Shown here: positions 1 to 7,299 of the stretch, in pieces
How the letters are laid out: every line of letters starts with the position of its first letter
How positions within the stretch are numbered: the stretch's first letter is position 1
DNA from: Armatimonadota bacterium
Lineage (GTDB): Bacteria > Sysuimicrobiota > Sysuimicrobiia > Sysuimicrobiales > Humicultoraceae
Length of the DNA: 29,606 nucleotides
Assembly: GCA_037446215.1 (NCBI GenBank)
Contig: JBBIJB010000026.1
Location: 1-29,606 of the forward strand
Reading direction: 5' to 3'
Translations under genes and position numbers: made by a program
The notes under the pieces: generated by a model
What the model saw: the letters and a program-made list of their open reading frames with translations, nothing else
Databases searched by the model: none
Told to the model about the DNA's origin: nothing

Positions 1-708
1 TTCGACACGGTGGCGGAGGCGGTCCTCCAGAACGGGGCAACGTCGTCGTGCATCTTCGTGCCGGCCCTCCTCGCGAAAGACGCGGCCCTGGAGGCGATCG
101 CCTCGAGGTTGGACCCGGTGGTGATCATCACGGAGCACATACCGGTGCTGGACTCGATCGAGATAGTCAGCGCGGCCCAGGCGGCGGGGGTGCGCGTGAT
201 CGGTCCGAACGGACCGGGGGTCGCCTCGCCGGGCAGGTGCAAGATCGGCATCATGCCCAACGACCTCTTCAAGGAGGGTCCCGTCGGGCTGGTGTCGAGG
301 AGCGGCACGCTCACCTACGAGATCGTGGCAGGGCTCACGCGGGCGGGGATCGGCCAGAGCACGGCGCTGGGGCTGGGAGGCGACCCGGTCGTCGGGGTAA
401 GCTTCCAGGAGGCGGTCAGGATGTTCGCGGAGGATCCGCAGACCGAGGTGATCGTGCTGGTCGGCGAGATCGGGGGCGCAGCCGAAGAGGAGGCCGCCAG
501 GTTCATCGGAGAGTCGGTGCGCAAGCCGGTAGTAGGTTACATAGCGGGGAGGACCGCGCCCCCGGGCAAGCGGATGGGGCACGCCGGTGCCGTCATCTCC
601 GGGAGCGAAGGGACCGCGGAGGCCAAGACCTCCGCGCTACAGGCGGCGGGTGTCACCGTCGCGGAGCTGCCGGGGCGCGTCGCGGGCCTGGTGCAACAGG
701 TGCTCTAG
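1..708 (+). CDS. sucD: Succinyl-CoA synthetase alpha subunit (5' truncated by window edge)
   Basis: Frame is open from base 1 (FDTVAEAV...). Motifs: IITEHIP, GPNGPG (GPNCPG-like), SRSGTLTYE, GQST..G.GGDP, GEIGG, phospho-His motif RMGHAGA. TAG stop at 706-708. Confidence 0.93.
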   Translation, partial: FDTVAEAVLQNGATSSCIFVPALLAKDAALEAIASRLDPVVIITEHIPVLDSIEIVSAAQAAGVRVIGPNGPGVASPGRCKIGIMPNDLFKEGPVGLVSRSGTLTYEIVAGLTRAGIGQSTALGLGGDPVVGVSFQEAVRMFAEDPQTEVIVLVGEIGGAAEEEAARFIGESVRKPVVGYIAGRTAPPGKRMGHAGAVISGSEGTAEAKTSALQAAGVTVAELPGRVAGLVQQVL

Positions 709-768
709 CCGGTGCTTGAGAATAGGAGAGCCGGGCGGTACCGACGCGGTACCGGGAAGGAGACCGGG

Positions 769-1110
769 GTGCTGGGACGATTTGTTCTGCGGTGGCTCTT
801 CAACGCGGTTGCGATCTACGTCACGACGCAGATCGTGTCCGGCATAAGGGTGCCCGACACGCCAAGCATACTGCTCTCGGCGCTGGCGCTCGGGCTTATC
901 AACGCCTCCATCCGCTGGGCGCTCCTGATCCTGACCCTGCCCCTGAACGTGCTGACGCTTGGGCTGTTCACGCTGGTGGTCAACGCGCTGATGCTCTACG
1001 TGGTGGCCGCGGTCACGCCGATGGAGATAGACTCATTCTTCTCGGCGTTCTTCGGGGCGCTGCTGATCGCCATCATCAGCACCGGCCTCAGCCACCTCGC
1101 GCGGCGGTAG
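769..1110 (+). CDS. YvlD-like 4-TM membrane protein (phage_holin_4_2 / DUF360 family)
   Basis: Hydrophobic ~113 aa with the family pattern L.ILTLPLNVLTLGLFTLVVNA.ML and F.SAF.GAL. GTG at 769 follows AAGGAG (757-762), so it is preferred over 712. Confidence 0.85.
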   Translation: MLGRFVLRWLFNAVAIYVTTQIVSGIRVPDTPSILLSALALGLINASIRWALLILTLPLNVLTLGLFTLVVNALMLYVVAAVTPMEIDSFFSAFFGALLIAIISTGLSHLARR

Positions 1111-1114
1111 CGGC

Positions 1115-2047
1115 ATGGCTGCGGGGGCCCGGGAGAGGCATCCGCGCCGGGGCGAGGGCTGGTTCCAGTTCGTCATAATCACCGGGCTTTCCGGCGCCGG
1201 GAAGTCCAGCGTCATGAAGGTCTTCGAGGACCTTGGCTTCTTCTGCGTCGACAACCTCCCCCCGGCGCTGCTTCCCAGGTTTGCCGACCTCTGCCTGCAC
1301 TCAGAGGGAAGGGTCCGCCGCGTGGCCGTGGTGATCGACATACGCGGGGGGGAGTTCTTCGACGAGCTGTTCTCGGCGCTGCAGGAGGTGGCGGCGAGGG
1401 GGCTCAGCCCGGACATCCTGTTCCTGGAGGCCGCCGACGAAGTTCTGGTCAGGCGGTTCAAGGAGACCCGCCGCAGGCATCCCCTCTCCGGGACGGGTCG
1501 GGTGCTCAGCGGGATCAAGGCCGAGCGCCGCCGGCTGGAGGCCGTCCGGGGCCGCGCCCACAAGATCATCGACACCTCCGGCCTGACGGTGCGTGAGCTC
1601 CGCGATGAGATCGCCTCGGCCTACCTACAGACCCCGACGCCCAGGAAGCGGCTGGAGGTCAGCGTCGTGACCTTCGGTTTCAAGTACGGAATACCGATAG
1701 ACGCAGACATGCTCTTCGACGTGAGGTTCCTGCCCAACCCGCACTACGTGGCGTCCCTGAAGCCGCTGCCCGGCAGCCATCCCAGCGTGAGGAAGTTCGT
1801 CATGGAGAGCGCGGAGACACGGGAGTTCCTGGGACGCCTATACGACCTGTTCGACTACCTGCTCCCCAAGTTCGTGGCCGAGGGAAAGGGCCACCTGACA
1901 ATCGGAATCGGTTGCACCGGAGGGCGCCATCGCTCCGTCGTACTGGGTGAGGCCCTCGGCAGGCGGCTGCGACGCGACGGCTACCTCGTTCGGGTGCGCC
2001 ACCGCGACACGCGCAGGGAGGAGCACGAGGGCGGGGCCAAGCCGTGA
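1115..2047 (+). CDS. rapZ: RNase adapter / P-loop NTPase RapZ (YvcJ)
   Basis: Walker A GLSGAGKS, EDLGFFCVDNLP, DIRG, FGFKYG.P.DAD..FDVRFLPNP, GCTGGRHRS. Confidence 0.95.
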   Translation: MAAGARERHPRRGEGWFQFVIITGLSGAGKSSVMKVFEDLGFFCVDNLPPALLPRFADLCLHSEGRVRRVAVVIDIRGGEFFDELFSALQEVAARGLSPDILFLEAADEVLVRRFKETRRRHPLSGTGRVLSGIKAERRRLEAVRGRAHKIIDTSGLTVRELRDEIASAYLQTPTPRKRLEVSVVTFGFKYGIPIDADMLFDVRFLPNPHYVASLKPLPGSHPSVRKFVMESAETREFLGRLYDLFDYLLPKFVAEGKGHLTIGIGCTGGRHRSVVLGEALGRRLRRDGYLVRVRHRDTRREEHEGGAKP

Positions 2048-3471
2048 TCGGGAGGTGGGGGGCACGGGCCAAGTGGCTGACCCCCGGCCTGGGCATCAAG
2101 CGGTGGCTCCTGCTGATGGCCGCGGGCGGGCTCCTCTTCAGCGCCGGGATCTCGCTCCTCGTGAGCGTGCGGTTCCTCACGGAGTTCGACACGGCGGTCT
2201 TCCGCCTGGAAGGCTGGATCAGGAGGATCACCGGCACCGAGATCTCCCCGGCGCTGGTGGGACTGGCCGCGGCCTCGCTGGGAGCGCTCGTGGTTGCGCT
2301 TGGGCTGCGCGGAGCCTTTCGATCGATCGAGCGTGTCCTCTTCCCCGGTGGCGCGCAGACCCTGTTCGAGGCGCTGCGCAGGCAGCGGCTGCGCGGCCTC
2401 AGGATCGTCGCGCTCGGCGGCGGCACCGGGCTAGCCACGCTGCTCCGGGGGCTCAAGCTCCGCTCCTCCAACCTCACCGCCGTGGTGACGGTGTTCGACG
2501 ACGGCGGCTCATCGGGCCGGCTGCGGCGCGAGCTCGGCGTGCTCCCGCCCGGGGACATACGGAACTGCCTCGTGGCGCTGGCGGAGTCCGAGCCCCTCAT
2601 GACCCGCCTGTTCGAGCACAGGTTCGACGGGGGCGCGCTGGCCGGGCATGCCTTCGGCAACCTGTTCATAGCCAGCCTCACCGGGGTGACCGGAGACCTC
2701 GAGAGCGCCGTTCGGGAGGCGAGCAAGGTCCTCAACATACGAGGGCGGGTGCTGCCGACCACCCACGGTGACGTGGTGCTGGCGGCGGAGATGGCGGACG
2801 GCCGCACGGTCGAGGGGGAGTCCGCGATCACGGCGGCGGGGGGAGAGATCAGGCGCGTCTACCTGCGGCCCGGGGATGCCGCCCCGCTCCCGGAGGCGCT
2901 ACGCGCCATCACTAGAGCCCACCTGATCCTGCTGGGCCCGGGCAGCCTCTACACCAGCGTCATCCCCAACCTTCTCGTTGGAGGCGTGGCAGAGGCGATC
3001 CGCGCCTCAGGGGCCGTCCGCATCTACGTGTGCAACGTCATGACTCAGCCCGGCGAGACCGACGGCTACACCGCGGCGGACCACGCCCGCGCGATCATAG
3101 AGCATGCGGGTCCCGGCCTCTTCACGCACGTCATAGTGAACACCCAGACCCCCCAGAGCCACGCCCTGCTGGAGCGTTACCGCTTCCAGGGGAGCGCGCC
3201 GGTCGTGCCCGCCCTCGCGGAGTTGGAGGCGATGGGGCTGACGCCGGTGGGGCTGCCGATGATGAGCGAGGATGAGATGCTCCGCCACGACCCGGTCAGG
3301 CTCGCCGCCGGCGTGCTGGCCATCGCCCGGAAGGTCTATCCCGGGTCGCTTCGGGTCCGCCGGTGGGGCGCGAGCGCCCTGCGCGGCGGGGCCATGCGCA
3401 CCGCCGGCCTCGCGGCCCGCCGGATGAGGGTGGTGCGCAGATCGCGGCCGGGGCCGGGGTCGGCCGCCTGA
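2044..3471 (+). CDS. yvcK: Gluconeogenesis factor YvcK (UPF0052/CofD-like) with N-terminal membrane extension
   Basis: GGGTGL, DDGGSSGRLR, PPGDIRNC, GHAFGNL, GPGSLYTS.IPNL, NVMTQPGET, LRHDP. GTGA overlap with the rapZ stop; canonical rapZ-yvcK pair. Confidence 0.93.
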   Translation: MIGRWGARAKWLTPGLGIKRWLLLMAAGGLLFSAGISLLVSVRFLTEFDTAVFRLEGWIRRITGTEISPALVGLAAASLGALVVALGLRGAFRSIERVLFPGGAQTLFEALRRQRLRGLRIVALGGGTGLATLLRGLKLRSSNLTAVVTVFDDGGSSGRLRRELGVLPPGDIRNCLVALAESEPLMTRLFEHRFDGGALAGHAFGNLFIASLTGVTGDLESAVREASKVLNIRGRVLPTTHGDVVLAAEMADGRTVEGESAITAAGGEIRRVYLRPGDAAPLPEALRAITRAHLILLGPGSLYTSVIPNLLVGGVAEAIRASGAVRIYVCNVMTQPGETDGYTAADHARAIIEHAGPGLFTHVIVNTQTPQSHALLERYRFQGSAPVVPALAELEAMGLTPVGLPMMSEDEMLRHDPVRLAAGVLAIARKVYPGSLRVRRWGASALRGGAMRTAGLAARRMRVVRRSRPGPGSAA

Positions 3472-3501
3472 TTCGGATCCAGCAGGAGGAGCGCTTAGGA
3501 C

Positions 3502-4914
3502 ATGGACGAGAGAGTGCCGCCGGCAGAGCCCTATCGAGCGAAGGTCGTCGAGCGGATCCGCCGGCCGACGCGCGAGGAGCGCGAGCGGGCCATCCGCGAG
3601 GCCGCCTACAACCTGTTCTTCCTCCGGTCCGAGGATGTCTACATCGATCTGCTCACCGACAGCGGCACCTCGGCGATGAGCGACCGTCAGTGGGGCGCGA
3701 TGATGGTGGGGGACGAGGCCTACGCCGGCGGCAGGAGCTTTGAGGCGTTCCGGGGTGCCGTCGCCGAGGTCCTCGGGTTTCCCCACGTCATACCGACGCA
3801 CCAGGGTCGGGCCGCGGAGCACGTGCTGTTCACCACGCTTGCCAGGCCGGGCCAGCACGTGATAGGAAACGTCCACTTCGACACCACGCGCGCTCACATC
3901 GAGCACCGCGGAGCGGTGGCGCTGGACTACGCCGTCGAGACGATCTACGATCCGACGGACCCCGCCCCGTTCAAGGGCAACCTGGACGTGGAACGCGCGG
4001 ACGCCTTCATCCGCAGGGTGGGGGTGGAGTCGGTCGCGCTGATCCTGGTGACGGTCACCTGCAACAGCGGCGGCGGGCAGCCCGTTTCCATGGAGAACCT
4101 CAGCGCGGCCCGTTCGCTGGCGGACCGGTGGGGGCTGCCCTTGTTCCTTGACGCCTGCCGCTTCGCGGAGAACGCCTACCTGGTACAGCGCCGCGAGCCG
4201 GGATACGAAGGGAGGAGCGTCGCCTCGATCGCGCGGGAGATGTGCGGCCTCGCCGACGGCGTCACGTTCAGCGCCAAGAAGGACGGCCTGGCCAACATCG
4301 GGGGCTTCGTCGCGTTCCGGGATGCCGAGCTCTACAGGCAGGCCTCTGTCTGGGCGATCCTGTTCGAGGGGTTCGTGACCTACGGAGGGCTGGCGGGCCG
4401 CGACCTCGAGGCGATTGCCGTGGGGCTTCGTGAGGTCCTGGACGAGCGGTACCTCGAGTGGCGGGTGGGCCAGGTGGCCCGGCTGGGAGCCGCGCTTCGC
4501 GAGAGAGGGGTTCCTATCGTGGAGCCGGTGGGGGGGCATGCCGTCTTCCTGGACGCGAAGCGCTTCCTGCCGGAGGTGCCCCAGGCCGCCTTCCCTTCGC
4601 AGGCGCTGGCCTGCGCCCTCTACGTCGAGGGAGGGGTGAGGGGCGTCGAGGTGGGAGGCGTGATGGCCGGGCGCGACCCCAAGACGGGACAGGAGAGGCC
4701 CCCGCGCCTGGAACTGGTGCGGCTGGCGGTCCCACGCCGCGTCTACAGCGACGCGCACATGGCCGTCGTCGCCCACTCGGCCGGCTCCGCCCTGGCGAGG
4801 CGCGGGGAGATCGGCGGCCTTCGCTTCATCTACGAGCCGCCCGTGCTGCGCCACTTCACCGCGCGTTTCGAGCCGCTGTCAGCCTCGCGGGCGCGCGCGG
4901 CCCAGGAACCTTGA
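3502..4914 (+). CDS. tnaA: Tryptophanase (tryptophan indole-lyase, PLP-dependent beta-eliminating lyase)
   Basis: DLLTDSGT, THQGRAAE, PLP-Lys motif SAKKD, GF.TYGGLAGRD. Residues that discriminate TnaA from tyrosine phenol-lyase are TnaA-type: HFDTT (Asp, not Thr), EVGG (no TPL Arg), LRHFTARF (His, not Phe). RBS AGGAGGAG upstream. Confidence 0.88.
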   Translation: MDERVPPAEPYRAKVVERIRRPTREERERAIREAAYNLFFLRSEDVYIDLLTDSGTSAMSDRQWGAMMVGDEAYAGGRSFEAFRGAVAEVLGFPHVIPTHQGRAAEHVLFTTLARPGQHVIGNVHFDTTRAHIEHRGAVALDYAVETIYDPTDPAPFKGNLDVERADAFIRRVGVESVALILVTVTCNSGGGQPVSMENLSAARSLADRWGLPLFLDACRFAENAYLVQRREPGYEGRSVASIAREMCGLADGVTFSAKKDGLANIGGFVAFRDAELYRQASVWAILFEGFVTYGGLAGRDLEAIAVGLREVLDERYLEWRVGQVARLGAALRERGVPIVEPVGGHAVFLDAKRFLPEVPQAAFPSQALACALYVEGGVRGVEVGGVMAGRDPKTGQERPPRLELVRLAVPRRVYSDAHMAVVAHSAGSALARRGEIGGLRFIYEPPVLRHFTARFEPLSASRARAAQEP

Positions 4915-4939
4915 CACCCGGTGGAGAACTGGATACCCT
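4911..4939 (+). promoter_or_regulatory. Putative sigma70/sigmaA promoter for the nuo cluster
   Basis: TTGACA (4911-4916, overlapping the tnaA stop), 17-nt spacer, TACCCT (4934-4939, TAnnnT). Confidence 0.6.
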
Positions 4940-5096
4940 GGCCTAGGCTTGCGGACGAGGCGGACTCCGGGCGACTCCGGCGCTCCTTCGCCCGCGGCTC
5001 TGCCCTCCCGTTCATCCGGGAGCATCCAAGGAAGGTCACGGGTCGGATCCCCAGGGCCCGGTTCCCACAGGGGCCTGAACGCTTTGGAATAGGCGG

Positions 5097-5456
5097 ATGC
5101 TGCTAGTAGACTGGCTGTATGTGGCGGTGTTTGTCGTAGGGGGGCTGCTGCTGTCGGCGGCACCGCTCCTCTTCGTCTGGGCCCTGGCCCCGCGCGTAGC
5201 CTACCCCCAGAAGCGCGACACCTACGAGTCCGGCGTGGTGCCCTTCGGGCAGGCGTGGTCGCAGTTCAACGTTCGCTACTACCTGTTCTCACTCGTGTTC
5301 GTGATCTTCTCGGTAGAGGTGATCTACCTCTATCCATGGGCGATCGTCTTCGGCAAGCTCGGGAAGTTCGCGTTCGTCGAGATGGTGATCTTCCTGGTAG
5401 TCCTGCTCGTCGGCCTGGCCTACGCCTGGAGGAAGGGGGCGCTCGAGTGGGTCTAG
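5097..5456 (+). CDS. nuoA: NADH-quinone oxidoreductase (complex I) subunit A
   Basis: 119 aa, 3 TM. K..TYESG..P loop, F..RYY, F..F.VE...LYPWA, YAWRKGALEW. Confidence 0.95.
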   Translation: MLLVDWLYVAVFVVGGLLLSAAPLLFVWALAPRVAYPQKRDTYESGVVPFGQAWSQFNVRYYLFSLVFVIFSVEVIYLYPWAIVFGKLGKFAFVEMVIFLVVLLVGLAYAWRKGALEWV

Positions 5457-5490
5457 CGATCCACGGGAGCCCGGAAGCGGAGGCCGCGCC

Positions 5491-6468
5491 TTGAACTGGT
5501 GGATCGAGCTCGCCAAGGCGGTGGCGCTCGTCGTCGGCGTCTTCTCCTCGCTGGCCGTCGTGGCGGCGATGTTCGGCGTCCTGCTGGAGCGCAAGGTCGG
5601 CGGCTGGATCCAGGCGCGTCTCGGCCCCAAGCACATAGGTCCCCAGGGGCTGCTGCAGACGCTCGCGGACACGCTCAAGCTGATACAGAAGGAGCACATT
5701 GCACCCAAGGCGGTCGACGGGGCGGTCTTCAGCGTCGCGCCGCTGATAGTCTCCACCGCCGGGCTGATGAGTTGGATCGTGATCCCCGTGGGAATCCTCG
5801 GGGGGACGGTCCTTGTCGTCCGCGACCTCAACATCGGGATAGTCTTCTTCGCCGCCGTCTCCTCCCTGACGGTGATCGGGATACTGGCGGGCGGCTGGGC
5901 CTCAAACAACAAGTACGCCCTCCTGGGCGGGCTGCGCTCCGCCGCACAGATGGTCAGCTACGAGCTGCCGCTCGGGATGGCCCTCATCGCGGTCGCGATG
6001 GAGGCCGGCACCCTCTCGACGGTCGGGATCGTCGCGGCCCAGGAGGGCTGGCTCGGCTCGTTCGCCTTCAGGCAGTTCCCGGCGTTCGTGATATTCCTCG
6101 TGGCCGCCACCGCGGAGGTCAACCGGGTTCCCTTCGACCTCCCGGAGGCCGAGAGCGAGCTCGTCGCCGGATACTCCTCCGAGTACACGGGGATGCGCTT
6201 TGCCCTTTTCCAGCTCGGCGAGTACTCCGAGATGTTCGCGATGGCGGCGCTGACCACCACGCTCTTCCTGGGCGGCTGGAAGGGCCCGCTGCTGCCGCCC
6301 GTGGTCTGGTTCCTGCTGAAGATGTACCTGGTAATCTTCTTCATGATGTGGGTGCGGTGGACCTTCCCGCGCCTTAGGATAGACCAGCTGCTGAACTTGA
6401 GCTGGAAGCTTCTATTCCCGGCAGGGTTGATCTGGATCATGATCACCGGCTACAGGATAACGTTCTAA
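5491..6468 (+). CDS. nuoH: Complex I subunit H
   Basis: ERK....Q.R.GP, G.LQ..AD..KL..KE, GWASNNKYALLGGLR..AQMVSYE, E.NR.PFDLPEAESELVAGY..EY, R.RIDQL. TTG start with GGAGG RBS. Confidence 0.96.
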   Translation: MNWWIELAKAVALVVGVFSSLAVVAAMFGVLLERKVGGWIQARLGPKHIGPQGLLQTLADTLKLIQKEHIAPKAVDGAVFSVAPLIVSTAGLMSWIVIPVGILGGTVLVVRDLNIGIVFFAAVSSLTVIGILAGGWASNNKYALLGGLRSAAQMVSYELPLGMALIAVAMEAGTLSTVGIVAAQEGWLGSFAFRQFPAFVIFLVAATAEVNRVPFDLPEAESELVAGYSSEYTGMRFALFQLGEYSEMFAMAALTTTLFLGGWKGPLLPPVVWFLLKMYLVIFFMMWVRWTFPRLRIDQLLNLSWKLLFPAGLIWIMITGYRITF

Positions 6469-6472
6469 TCCG

Positions 6473-6964
6473 ATGGGCGAGCTGGCGGCGTTCATCATCC
6501 TCTCGGTCGTGACGCTGGTCTCGGCGGTGGTGGTCGTGACCTCCGGGAACATAGTCCGTAGCGCCCTCTCCCTGGTGCCTTGCTTCCTGGGGATCGCCGG
6601 CCTGTTCGTCCTGCTCCAGGCCGAGTTCGTGGCGGGGATCCAGGTACTGATATACGCGGGCGGGATAACCGTCCTGATCCTCTTCGTCATCATGCTCACC
6701 GAGGGCGGGACCGGGATGAGGTTCCGGCAGGTCAACGAGCAGGTCCCCCTGGGCGTGCTCGCCAGCGCGGCCCTTGCCGTCCTCCTCGTGGTGACCCTGG
6801 TGGGGACGCGCTGGCCCCAGGGCAGCGGCTCGCTTCCGGGTAACACCGCCGCCGCGATAGGCTCGGCGTTCCTCACCAACATGGTGCTCGTCTTCGAGAT
6901 CACCAGCCTGGTGCTGCTCGTGGCGCTGGTTGGGGCGATCGTCATCGCGCGGCGCGAACGCTAG
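6473..6964 (+). CDS. nuoJ: Complex I subunit J
   Basis: L.AEFVA..QVLIYAGGI.VL.LFVIML and FE..S..LLVALVGAI..AR. Confidence 0.95.
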   Translation: MGELAAFIILSVVTLVSAVVVVTSGNIVRSALSLVPCFLGIAGLFVLLQAEFVAGIQVLIYAGGITVLILFVIMLTEGGTGMRFRQVNEQVPLGVLASAALAVLLVVTLVGTRWPQGSGSLPGNTAAAIGSAFLTNMVLVFEITSLVLLVALVGAIVIARRER

Positions 6965-6984
6965 AGCCAGGAGGCCTATCGATC

Positions 6985-7296
6985 TTGGAGCTGGGACTAG
7001 CGCACTTCCTCACGACGAGCGCCCTGCTCTTCTGCCTAGGCCTCTACGCGCTGCTGACCCGCCGCAACGCGGTGGCGATCCTGATGGGCATCGAGCTGAT
7101 GCTGAACGCGGCCAACATCAACCTGGTGGCCTTCAACCGGTACGTGGCGCCCGCCGCGCTCAACGGGCAGATCTTCGCGCTGGTGGTGATCACGCTCGCC
7201 GCGTGCGAGGCCGGGGTCGGTCTGGCGCTCGTGATCTCCGCGTACCGGAGGCTCCGGACGATCCGGGTGGACGAGATCAACGTGCTGAAGTGGTAG
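6985..7296 (+). CDS. nuoK: Complex I subunit K
   Basis: RRN....LM.IELMLNAANINLVAF and GQIFAL.VI..AA.EA.VGLA. Both conserved Glu residues are present. Confidence 0.96.
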   Translation: MELGLAHFLTTSALLFCLGLYALLTRRNAVAILMGIELMLNAANINLVAFNRYVAPAALNGQIFALVVITLAACEAGVGLALVISAYRRLRTIRVDEINVLKW

Positions 7297-7299
7297 CCG

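Noticed and set aside
769..1110. 'Phage holin' family protein as evidence of a prophage
   Set aside because: YvlD-type genes are common chromosomal neighbours of rapZ-region genes; no endolysin, integrase or structural phage genes are nearby.
3502..4914. Tyrosine phenol-lyase assignment
   Set aside because: The three discriminating positions (FDTT, EVG, RHF) are tryptophanase-type.
4921..5106. 61-aa ORF upstream of nuoA as a leader peptide
   Set aside because: It starts inside the predicted promoter spacer, has no SD and no informative composition.
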